Assembly (NCBI RefSeq): GCF_000143415.4
Contig: NW_003314332.1
Location: 558,001-622,000 of the forward strand
DNA from: Selaginella moellendorffii
Taxonomy: Eukaryota; Plantae; Lycopodiophyta
Length of the DNA stretch: 64,000 nt
Direction of reading: 5' to 3'
Below the pieces are notes generated by a model. The model was not told the origin of the DNA. It searched no databases and worked only from the letters and a program-made list of their open reading frames with translations. Of the stretch, positions 12,861 to 24,228 are shown piece after piece. Within the stretch, counting starts at the first letter, position 1; each line of letters begins with the position of its first letter. The position numbers and the translations under genes were made by a program.

Positions 12861-13252
12861 ATAGAAGAAGTTCAATGCCCACATCGAACGTCTCTTTTTT
12901 ATCCTACAACTTGTTGACCATGTCTCCGGGGCCATCCCCCCACTTAGCGGTGTGCTTAAGTTAGCCTCCCTGGCCAAGAGCCCATGACAACGGAATATAA
13001 GTGTCCCTATACTCCTCACCTCACCACGCCCTAGTATGGGGTCGGGACTTGAACCCAGCCTTGCTTTACTAGGGGGTTGGGACTCGAACCCAACCTCCGT
13101 AGAATATGTCTACGGATTCGACACCCCCATGGGGAGTCGGGCGTAGTGCCCTACGCCTGGTCGACTTAGCTAACCCATGCTAATTAGCTTACCTTCGGCG
13201 CGCCTTCGGGTCCCAACATATGCCACTTGCTCAACTTTGCAAATTGATATTT

Positions 13253-16200
13253 TTAATTGAACTTTGCATAAGTACATAGAGTTCTGCCTTGCAGAAATTC
13301 CTCCACTAGATCTTGCGCGTTCGCTAGGTTCTCCTCCAGTTCCCATGTTGCTTCGCAGTGTGGAAATTCTTTCCACTTCATATGGAACTCTCTCACCTCG
13401 CGTCCTTGTCGCTTGCTCTTGCGCACACTGAGGATGGCCTCGACTTCATATTCCTCTTCCCCTTGGATAACCTCAGGTAAAGGTCTCACTTGGTCCTTGC
13501 GAAGCAGATCCTCAAAGTACGGCTTGAGTAAGTTCACGTGGAACACTAGGTGCATCTTCCCCATCTCTCGAGGAAGTCGGAGATGGTAAGCCACTTTACC
13601 GATTCGTGCCTCAATCTCATAAGGCCCCGCGAACCTGCTTAAGGAACTCAAGATCAATTCATTTATAGGAATACATGCATCTTTACCTTTGGGTCAACTT
13701 CCGGCTGATCCCACTTGGTAGCCTGAGGTTCTTGGTGTTTAGCCACACCTTCTCCCCAGCTTAGAACTCTACATCCCAACGCTTCTGGTTCACGTATTTG
13801 GTTTGCCTTTGTTGAGCCCGTTCCAAGGAATCCCTCACTAGATTCCAAATGCTGAGTCTTTCCGCCGTGAATGCCTCCATTGCGGGTAACTCTCCATGAT
13901 ACTAGGCCACGCCGAGTTCCACAGGACCTTCAATAGCTCGCCCATTGATGACTTCCCATGGACTCACCCCGATACTTGAATTTGGTGAGTTGTTATAACA
14001 CATTTCCGCAAGTCCCAAATGACTTACCCCGAGACATAGCATCGCAAATAATCCTCCAGCTGCCTATTCACCCTTTCCGTTTGTCCGTCTGTCAAGAACT
14101 ATTAGTGCCAACAAACTTGACTTAATACCCCATACCTATCTGTGGGTGATAGGCTGTGCTGAATTTCAACTTGGTGCGATACTGTTCCAGGAGAGTCCTC
14201 CAGAACCTACTGGTGAAGATCTTATCTCGATCTGAGATGATCTCTTCCGGTCTTCCCCGCATTCGAACCACTTATTCGAAGAACAGCTTCACCACACCTT
14301 CCGCATCCACCTCCGTTGTGGTGGGTATGAAATGTGCCATTTTTGAAAATCGGTCCACCACCACGAATATCGCATCGAACCCCTCGCTTGGGGGAAGTCC
14401 CGTGATGAAGTCCATCGTAAGACATTTCCACGGACGATCTAGAATTGGGATGCTTTGCAACAAGCCCCCACTAGCCTTAGTCACGGCTTTGACCTGCTGA
14501 CATGTTGGACATGTCTTTACATAGTCTTGGACGTCCTTAGCCATATCTGGCCAATGGTACTTCCTCTTGAGTAAGCCCATCGTCTTGGGCACTCTACCGT
14601 GTCCCACAAGAGGTCCGTCATGACACTCTTATAAGGCTATCTTCCTTAGTTCCCCTTCTGGAACATACACCCTCGTTTGTTTGTAATAGATAAGTCCGTT
14701 GCGTTCCGCATAACCCGTTTTCTCTTCCGTTGGCAGCTCACCTCTCTGGTGAGCTTCCCGTGCCTCTAGATTCCTCAGCAACACTTCTTGTGCTAGACCA
14801 TCGTTCTCATATGCTGTCTGCACATCGTCCTAGAAGTTTGCTGTTGCGCTGGATATTGCCAACCTCAAACTCGCTTTTCGACTTAGCGCATCCGCCACGA
14901 TGTTGCTCTTCCCAGGCTTGTACAGAATCTCGTAATCAAACTCGGCCAAGGCATTGGCCCACCGACCTTGTTTCCCTCTCAGGTCGGGCTGTGACAAGAA
15001 GTGTTTCGTTGCCATATTGTCTGTGTAAACCTTGAAGTGTTTCCCAAGGTAGTGTTGCCATTCCTTGAGCGCCTTGACCACCGCAAACAATTCCTTCTCG
15101 TGGGCAGGCCACTTTCGTTGAGCCTTGTTCAACTTCTTCGAGAAGAACGCTACTGGATGGTTGTCTTGCTTCAAAACTGCACCCAACGCAAAGTTCGAAG
15201 CATCCGTTTCTACCTCAAAGTCCTTACCAAAGTCTGGTAATACCAATACGGGAGCCTTCCTCAGCTTCCCTTTGAGGTGGACGAATGCCGCCTCGCATTC
15301 TGCTGTCCATACCATCTTCCCTTTTCCTGTTTGGTCCGTTAAGGGCAGGGCTACTCTCGAATAGTGTCTGATAAACTTTTGATAGTAGTTGCATAGCCCC
15401 AAGAACGCCCTCAACTCATGTACATTTGATGGTCGCTCCCATTCTTGGATCGCTTGGACCTTCTCCGAGTCCACCTTGAGCCCATCCTGGCCCACCACAT
15501 GCCCGAGAAACTTTACCTTTTGTTGAGCAAAGTCACATTTGCTCTCTTTAGCATACAGTTTGTGTTCCCTTAGTTTCTCAAACACCTTCGCCAAGTGTTC
15601 GGCATGCTTCTCTAGCGTCTCGCTATAGATTTGGATGTCGTCGATATAGATGACCACGAAGTGATCCAGATAGGGTACAAAGATGTGGTTCATCAGCACC
15701 GAAAACGTTGCCGGTGCATTGCATAGCCCGAAGGGCATCACCAGAAACTCAAAGCTCCCATACCTCGTTCGACAGGTTGTCTTCTCGACATCTTCCTCGG
15801 CTACCCTGATCTGGTAGTATCCTGACCTTAGGTCAATCCTCGAGAAGTATTTTGCCTTTCCCAACCTATCGAACAGGTCCTCAATCTTGGGCAAAGGGTA
15901 CTTGTTCTTCTTTGTATACTTGTTGAGCAACCGGTAGTCTATGCACATATGCATAGATCCATCTTTCTTTTTCACAAATAACACCAACGCCCCATACGGT
16001 GACTTACTCAACCTAACATACCCTTTGTCCACCAACTCCTCTAGTTGGCGCTTGAGCTCCTCGAGTTCTTTCTCGTTCAAACGATAGGGGGGACGAACCA
16101 CCGCCTCAGCACCCTCAACCAGCTCAATCTTATGTTCTATCGGTCGTGCAGGGGGCAACCCCGCCGGTAGCTCCTCCGGCATGGTATCCTGAAATTGGTC

Positions 16201-18026
16201 CAACACCCGCTGGATCACTAAAGGTACTTCTTCCGTTCCTGTCTTTTTGTCACTCTTCACTGAGAGTAAGCACAATAAGGCTGCCTTAGTTCCTTTAGTG
16301 AGTTGTCCTCTCATGGACACCAGGTCTAAGCAGGATTCTTTGGCCTTGCTTTGCCCTACTTTTAGATCCTAGGCCTCCACCCTAGATCTTCTTCCTTGGG
16401 CATTCGCCAATACCACAAGGTTCCTACCTTGTCCATGTAGGGCTACCACGAACCGATTGAACCAATCCATTCCGAAGATTACGTCAAATCCCGTCATGTC
16501 CAACATAGTGAAATCCATGTCTACTTTCCATGTCCCTACTTCGACTCTCGCTTGTCGAAGTACCTCATCGGTGCTTTGGCTACCTTGAACAAACTCTATA
16601 GTCCTTGGTTCGCCTAGCCGCTGCACTGTTAGTTCGGCTTGCCGGACTATGTCTGCAGCCACAAAATTATCCGAAACACCCGTGTCAATAAGGATCTTAA
16701 CAAAGCTACCTTCGAGCTTCCCTCGGAGGGCTAGTAGATTTCACGAACGACTCTCTACCAAAGTTGCTCGTGTAATGAGTAACTTTGAGTTAGGGACTGG
16801 ATCACATACCTCAGTTTGGACTTCACCCGACTTAATGGCCATATTGGCTCTGGCCTTCTTCGGGTAGGGACATTCCCTCGAAAAGTGTCCCGCTTCACCG
16901 CAGTTGTAGCATATATTGTTTCCCACGCTGCTATACTACTTGACCTTCTTATCCATGGGTTTGTCTCTTTTCGCTTGACTCCCCCACGTACTCGCTCGCT
17001 GGCCACTGGATTTGCCTTTTCGGAACCTTGAGGACTCATTCTTAGAGAAACTCTTCTTGAATTTCCCTCTGCTAAACATTCCCCTTGGTTTGGCCCCTTT
17101 GCTAAATGTGGACCCCGACCCTGTCGTGTTCCCTTTTTGCAAGTTATCGTTTAAATACACCTTGATAGCCACATCCAACACTTCTTTGTAATTGGTCGGG
17201 TTCCAACGTATTACTTCGCCGCGAGCCCAGGTTTGCAAGCCTGATATAAAGGCATGGAATGTATCCATATCACCCATATCCGTGACTAGTATCCTCTTTG
17301 CCATAAATCCATTCACATACTCTTGAATGGTTCCGGTTTACTTCACAGCCTACTCACCTCATCCCTTAGGTGTAGAGTAGCATTTGGAGGAATATATGTT
17401 GCATAGATCCTCGCCTTCATCATTTCCCAAGTGGCCACCGGTCCTTCATTAGCCTCCGTCTTTCTCCACCAAAACTTGGCATTATCTGCCAAGTATGGTT
17501 TTGCACATGGAACCTTCTCCGAGCTCAATAACCGCAATGCTCGGAAGTAGTCCTCCATATCGTAAAACCAATCCTCCACCACCTTATAGTCGTTCACTCC
17601 CTTGAAGACCGGTGGGGGCTTTGGTTTGTACTTGGGAACTGCCTGAGGGACTGATTCCACTTCGGTCTGTTCGACCTTGTCCGGTTTTGCCTCAGTCCCT
17701 GCCGAAGGGTCCGCACCTTCTGCGCTGCCAGCATCCACAGTCTTTCGCTTTTTCTTCTGCTTCTCGTCATGTTTTAGCTTGCGTACGAGAGTCTCCAGCA
17801 GGGCATTGGTCTGCGCCAATTGTCCTTCTAGAACGTCCAATCGAGCCTTGGACAACTGAACCTCGCCACCGGACTCCTGTTTAGAAGTTTCCTCACTGGA
17901 GTCCTCCTCATGCAAGGATTCCTCATCCATAGCCTCTTGTTCAACCGAAGGCTCCAGCTCTGGCGAAGGTTCTGTCTCCGCCTGGGTTCGCTTACGCCCC
18001 ACCCTTGCCATCTCCCAGCAATCCAC
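13253..18026 (-). pseudogene. gag-pol of the nested element, interrupted by in-frame stops and a few frameshifts
   Basis: ORF pieces 17343-18026 (gag), 16936-17316, 16741-16926 (zinc knuckle), 16369-16662 (protease), 14830-16320 (RT/RNase H), 14272-14607 (integrase), 13253-13657 (GPY and chromodomain). Confidence 0.95.
14089..14135 (-). other. 47-nt GT-AG intron-like insertion in the integrase core
   Basis: Minus strand: CAC CCA CAG ATA G|GTATGG...CACTAAT..TTCTTGACAG|AC GGA CAA ACG GAA. Removal gives STAYHPQIDGQTERVNR. Confidence 0.75.
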
Positions 18027-18055
18027 CTCTATCCTTCGCTAGAACTGAGGAAAAG

Positions 18056-18067
18056 GCTCCGATACCA
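18056..18067 (-). promoter_or_regulatory. Primer-binding site (tRNA-iMet type)
   Basis: Minus strand TGGTATCGGAGC, 3 nt from the 5' LTR. Confidence 0.9.
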
Positions 18068-18070
18068 AAT

Positions 18071-19231
18071 TGTAAGCAACAAATTTTTCCTTTCCAATTT
18101 GCCAGCTTACCTCGTCTATCCGACCAACACTGCCTTGGCTTGTGCTAAGTTCCCTCGCCAAGGTTCTCGCCTATTGTACCAGCTCCTACTTGGTCCTACT
18201 TGGTTTCAGCTACTCATTGCACGAACAACGGAGTGTTAGCCATCCATCTACGGATTCCCAAATCTCTCCCAATCCCCCTCTCCGGGTTAGACTGGACTTA
18301 AGGTTCGGCTACACTCCCCGTAGGCACAAGCAGCCAAGCACACCAAGCCTTCAGGTTCCTAACACCCCTTGGTACAACAAGACTTAATCATGGGACCCTT
18401 TAAATCCCAAGCCTTGGGTGTAGCACTTGCTTCGGGACATCGGGGCGACACACCGTGGCCTAGCGGCCCGGTATGGGTACCTCTACCCCCCCACTTCCAT
18501 CCCGAAGGGAAGGCCCAAGCCCCTGGAAGGGCGAGGACCAATGAGCCACAAGGTCCTCAAGTGGGGCACCACTCCACCTGAGCCAGGAGCACCACAATCG
18601 GTTTCCCTTTCGGGAGTGGGAGCTGCTCTTGAGCACTTCCCTGGGTGGCCCCTCCGGCACCTCCCAAGCCCATGCTCACTCCCACCCAAGGCCCCTCGGC
18701 CCCAGTCTCAACCTCAAGTCGGTTTGGAAGCCCCACTGGAGAGTTCCTTCAAGACTGGTTCCTAGACCTCACTATCCTTACTATACTTTTGGAAACCCCT
18801 GCAGCCCCCCCCCCCCCCCCCCCCCCCCCCCTTGGGAGACACATGCTTTGGGCTTTCACCCCTTGAGCTGTATTAGTATTTGGACTTAGTCTCAGAATCG
18901 ATCTCGGACTCGATCTCGGACCCGACTTTGGACTCGGTCTCGGACTCGATTTCGGACTCAATCTCGGACCCGATCTCGGACTCGACTTCGGACTCGACCT
19001 CGGACTCGGTCTCGGACCTGATTTGGATCTCGGACTCTGTCTCAAACTCGGTCTCGAACTCGGTCTCCGATTTGGCCTTGGCTCGATCCCGGACTCTATC
19101 TCGAACTCAGTCTCTGAGTCAGTCTTGGACTCGATCTTCGACTCGGTCCCATCCGATGAATTCTTTGTCATTTCGGTCATGCTTTCGGGGATCCTTTAGC
19201 CTACGACATCTGGGGGAGTCGGTTCCTTACA
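18071..19231 (-). repeat. 5' LTR of the nested gypsy element
   Basis: TGTAAG...CTTACA; contains an expanded poly-C run at ~18805-18831. Confidence 0.95.
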
Positions 19232-19910
19232 ATGTTGTGGATCAATTCATCATTCAAGTCTTAGAGATTGATGTAGAGAAGGTTGATCCAGTTAATATTC
19301 TTGCTCAAAGATTGGTGAAAACACACCGGAAGACAACTAGGGAGTTGTTAGTTTAGTGAAATGGTTATTCCATGGACGAAGCTACATGGGAAACTAAGGA
19401 TGACATGAAAAGAGTGTTTCTGAGTTTTGGTTATAACTTGGATGATATTCCTGAGGAAGGGGAGAATTAAGTTCTATAACAAAGAAACTTGTGTGCCTAA
19501 AATATTCATGTATATTCTAGGATATTCTTCAATCTGATTTTGCATGGAATATACATACAAAAATATTCAAGTGGTATTTCCACTACTAATGGGTCTCTTT
19601 TGTTTCCATGATCGTATTGTCATGCGTGAAAGCCATATTACTTTTTTCTTTCATGGCCATTTGTTGCGATGTTAGTGTTGCATATCTTTTCTCCATGGCC
19701 ATATTGCCTTGGACTCCTTTCATATGAAGTTTTTTTAGCTTCTCAAGGCTGCTGTATGTGGCTAGGTCATTAAGGAGGGGAGAATGACACAAACCATAAG
19801 AATATTCTGAGAATATTCTATGGCCTATGGGATTTAAAGCTGTAACGCCTTAAAGGTTGGGAGGTTTCGCTCTCTTGTTTGTTTCAGAAGATATTAGCTG
19901 TTTCGTGTCA
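19232..19910 (+). mobile_element. Older gypsy element, 3' part (chromodomain, PPT, short 3' LTR remnant)
   Basis: RELLV*..GYSMDEATWETKDDM chromodomain continues the integrase interrupted at 11720. Purine tracts at ~19473 and ~19772 are followed by TGACAC(19785)...GTGTCA(19910), which is homologous to 7913-8020. Confidence 0.75.
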
Positions 19911-19999
19911 ATGGCATTGCCTCTAGAAAAGGAAAGCACTCACCATGCCTCTGAGAATAACTGTAATCTATTCATTTAATTTTCAGCTAGAACATTCAG

Positions 20000-21650
20000 A
20001 GATCACAGACCTTATCGTCTCTTCTTGCTGCGCTCTTTGGAAGGTTTGGTTGCCTCCTCTTCAGCATTGTGGTCGGCTTCAAGTCTAGTGAGCTGCAAAT
20101 TAAACAATACTGTTGTGAGGATTCCTTCTTGAGACACCACTTTACCTTGTCAAGGATGGGTTTAAGTTCTCTGTAGCATGTCTTTGCCAATTCAAATCCA
20201 TCCTTCCTGAGCTCCTGATAGATGCAAAGAGCATGAAAAACGAGTGAAAGAAAACCTGCACGTCACCTTTCTAGTGTGTTCGGTGTGATTGTAACGTGCC
20301 ATTTGCCAATACATGATCGTCCGAGAGAAAAAATCTCTCAACGTTTCCCCAGGCTGAAAGACAAATCAATCACAAAACAGGAAGATGAACTACTATCATC
20401 ACTCGCCAAAGGTGTTTGTTGAGAATCAGCCAGGTCCAGCTCAACCTGCATTTGATTGATCTTTGATCATTTGATCGTCAGCCTCTTGTCAAGTTTTGTT
20501 ACATCCTAGAATACGAAAGGAAACATACAAGTTTTGTTACATCCTTCTTTTTTACTACCTTGCCATCATCCTCTTTGTCTGTTCCTTTACTAATAGATCC
20601 AGCATCACTGTTGTCATTATCAATTTCGCCATCCTCCTCACTAGCTTTAATCCACTCGTTTTGTGTTTCCTGCTTGAAATATTAGTACTAGTCTGGATGA
20701 TAGCTAGATCATAAAAACACTAACTTTAATAATGCACCTCCATGCATTGAGTTTATTCAGGTCCAGCGAGAAAAGGTTGTTGAGTGTCACTTCTTTTTCA
20801 CCAACTTCTTTCATACATCCATACAGAAACGAAGTATCCTTTCCACTAACCATTCCAGCATTGATTCTTCCACAAGGCAACAGCCTTCAAGCAGAACGCT
20901 CAACGTGCAGACGCATTTTCCACACTTGGATCGACCACTTTCTTCTGCTTTGGATGCACGCTTAACCACCACACAATCTCAGATTGCCATACCTTATACA
21001 TTCTGTGCAGCGAATCACCTGCAAAAGACATTAGTTTTTTCAATGCATGCATTCAAAAGTAATCAACTACACCACCAAACAAGATGGCTCATCTCTTGTG
21101 GACAAAAATCCTGCTCTTGGCCCAGGAGCCATACCGCATTTTTTTCACCTTCACAAAACACAGCAAAAAACTAAAACTCCAAACGAGAATGTAAAAGAAG
21201 CAAACCTTGTCCCACTCCCAATCCGTGGATCTAACATCCACATATCTGCGAGCCCTACACCTTTGTCGGATTGATCTTTGTCAGAGGCAGGCTCTTTGAA
21301 ATAGCCACCGTACAAGAAAATCTGGAAAAGAAAAATGTTCACAACGCGCAAAACAATACTTTTAGTTCATCTAAATAAACAGCAAGCTGAAAACCAGTTC
21401 TAGCTGAAGGCCAGGCAGCTCCAAGCTTGGGTTTTATCTCTTGCCACTGCAAAAGGAAATCAGTTTAGTTGCTAAAAAACAAGGAAGAACGATGAGGGAC
21501 AGAAACAAACCTTACAATCGTCTAAATCCAGCACTTAAAGATCATTGAAGTACCTGTGTCAAAAATTCATTACACTGCTGAAACAGCCGACCTTTCTTCC
21601 CTCAGCGTCAAATGGAATCATTTTATGTTTGTTTATGGTCTTGTCCTTTC
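20000..21650 (-). pseudogene. Kelch-repeat/DUF4110 protein (KLHDC4/At5g50310-like) pseudogene, 5'-truncated
   Basis: Exons YFNDL*VLDLD, WQEIKPKLGAAWPSARTGFQ, IFLYGGYFKE..ADMWMLDPR, PGETLRDFFSRTIMYWQMA and ELRKDGFELAKTCYRELKPILD, with a stop and frameshifts. Confidence 0.8.
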
Positions 21651-21746
21651 CCTTTAATTCCTAAATTACTCTTGCATTACAGCTGTGGCAAGGTTCACTT
21701 TTAGAAGTTTAGTCGTGCTCTCTCTGCTCCTCCTGAGCTCCGCCAC

Positions 21747-22321
21747 TCAAGTCCGACTTTGGTGCTTGAAGCTTAGGTCCTCGGCAGCTTTCTCGGCGTC
21801 CTCACGCGTGGTGTAAGTGATGAAGGCGCAGGCCCTCTGCGGGACGAGCCGGAGCGATTCGATCTTTCCATACGAGTAAAAGTTGTCTTTGAGATCCTCG
21901 GTGGTGACTCTCTCGTCGAGGCCACCAACGTAGAGCGTCCTCACGGTGGCATCGTCGGGAGGAGTGAGCGTCGACATCTCCTCGGCCTTTTTCAGGAGCT
22001 TTGCAGCAACGGGATCATTCAACCTGCAAAGAAAAGAACTCTCAAAGTGAGAAGAAACGCGAAGAGAACACAACTTACCCATAGTGTGAGAGCCTCTTTG
22101 GCATCCACCGCGGACAAAGAAGCTGCAAACGTGTGCTCGGTTGCGCTTGTAGTATGGGCTCGTCCTCTGGAGCTTGAGGATCATGTCATTCGGCCGGACT
22201 TTACCAAAGGACGACTCCTGATCCACCTAACAAACAATGTGAGCTCCACGGTGGCGCTTACCATGCGAACATAGGGATTATCCCCCGGGCACGTCTCGCA
22301 GATGATCGGGAAGTCCGCCAT
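21747..22321 (-). pseudogene. Internally deleted RBM22/MAC5-like (CCCH+RRM) splicing factor
   Basis: MADFPIICETCPGDNPYVRM|..LKLQRTSPYYKRNRAHVCSFFVRGGCQRG, DPVAAKLL, RRM TLYVGGL..CAFITY; the N-terminal zinc-binding exons and the C-terminus are missing. Confidence 0.8.
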
Positions 22322-24228
22322 AGCTCAACCCTAGCCCTAAAATTCGTGGATATGATTTTAGGGCTCTAGCAAAATTATCCGATGTTGTCCAAGCAATAAG
22401 CTCATGGTGAGGCCACCACTTCTCGAGAGAAGAATCTCAGCTCTCACAAGGCGACAAGCCACAGAGAATTTTGGGAGTCTAGTGTTGAGTTCTCAGTTTA
22501 CTGTCGCCGCCGCCAGCCCGATGTCAGTATCTTGAGATTGCTGCTCACTGCCAGTTCGTGACTCGGCTTGCTGTATGCGTGCGCAAACATTTCGAATCAC
22601 GATGGAGGAAGGTTAAAAGGATCCCGAGAGCTGTTGTCAAAGTAGCTCCAACCAGGTATGTGGTGCAGCCCATGGTCGATCCTATGATAGGGATGCCACA
22701 GTCTCAGTCGAGCGATTCAGGTATCACTACATAGCTCAAAGGAACACGACAGGACAAGACATATCGACCACCAGGTTTGACACATGCACGTTTCATGCGT
22801 CCGTTTCGTATTTCAAAGAGAGGGGCTTGACGTGTGCAATGGCTATGTTTCCTGGTGACTTCTTTCTCAGGTTTCTTTTCTCCTGGTACCATTTTCGTTG
22901 ATGTTGTCACGAGCTTGATGGTCTGCGGAAGATAGAAACCATTGCCATCAACAAAGAAGCAGCAAGAAGCAGGATTGTGAACATTATTATTAAACCAAAT
23001 AATAATGATGTTTAAAGCTGATTAAACTATGGCAACAAATATGTACATGGGTGTATTATATATTTACATATGTGTGAATATAGTTTTTTACTAGTTCTAT
23101 AAAAATTATTATACATTATGGTTGTTATAAAAGTAAATGAGTGTGTGTATAATATTTTTGTCATGGGATATATTATATATGATGACATTTCAGACTGCCA
23201 CACAAGACTGATACCATATTATATCATCACTGTAAATCTAACAAGAGTTTTTTTTTATCTTATTCTTGTATCATTGATTGCAGATTTATAAGTTCTTAAT
23301 TTGTATAAACCACAAATCCTTAAGTTAACCCAAAGATATGCTATGTGGCAATGGCCAAGGCAAAAGTCTTACAAATATAATATATTTGTGACCAAAAGTG
23401 CCAACTTGAAAAGTCGAGAGCAAGTTAGAACTCCTAAAGAAGCACTTGATTAATATATAACAAATGTCATAATATATGGAAATTTAAGTGTTGAGATTAA
23501 AGTTCTAAAACCCAAAGACTTGAAGTGCAATGATATCAAAACCATCTCACCCCATTTCTTCAAATGTTCAAAGTGTCAAACATATCTATGGTTTAATATA
23601 TTTTGGGCTAAATATATCCAAGGAACCTCTGCTTTCATGTAAAATTTTATCCTTTTATAACTATTCAGTACCAATTTGTATTTTATGTGTTTTTTTTCCT
23701 AGTTTATTGCATTTTCATCCTCCTTGTTTTACTTTTTTATGTAGGATTCAGTCCCAATTGACGTATTGCATGGCTTTTTAATGTTTATTTGCTTTCTTAT
23801 ATGTTTTTTTTTTTTTGTGAATGCAGTTTTTTTAAAGACTCCACAGGGTAGGGAGAGAAACCTCTCTTGTGATTTTGATAAAAGAGTTACTCACCTGTGG
23901 TCATGGGGACGCCAGTCGGGGTGGACGGATTTCATTAGAGCTGCAGCACCCGAGACGTGAGGGCGCGACATGGAAGTTCCGGAATCGATGTTGTAGCTCG
24001 AGAACTTCCAGATCAACGTCGACAGGGAGCCCATGGTGGCAGTGTCCGGGTTTAACTTGCAGAACATCGGAGTCTCCTAGGGTTGCCAAGGCCGTGTTTG
24101 GCTCGAATCAGCTGTCATCGAGAGGACATTCCAATGCTCTCGTGAAAAGGCTCCAGGAGCTCGTGAAGAGAACAATGGATTTTATCTTTTGATTAATAAC
24201 TTCAAAGATAGTGTTTGCATCATTCTCA

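Larger units (their letters stand above)
11721..19231 (-). mobile_element. Full-length chromodomain Ty3/gypsy (chromovirus-like) LTR retrotransposon nested in the older element
   Basis: Paired TG..CA LTRs at 11721-12848 and 18071-19231; TSD ATGTC/ATGTT; PBS; PPT; gag with CYNCGEAGHFSRECP; protease LIDTG; RT YIDD; RNase H; integrase; C-terminal chromodomain YEVEAIL..KWKEFPHCEATWE. Confidence 0.97.

Noticed and set aside
13038-13100. A tRNA gene
   Set aside because: T-arm-like hairpins only; I could not build a D arm, anticodon arm and acceptor stem.
16741-16743. Programmed stop-codon readthrough between gag and pol
   Set aside because: It is one of several in-frame stops explained by C>T decay; nothing marks it as special.
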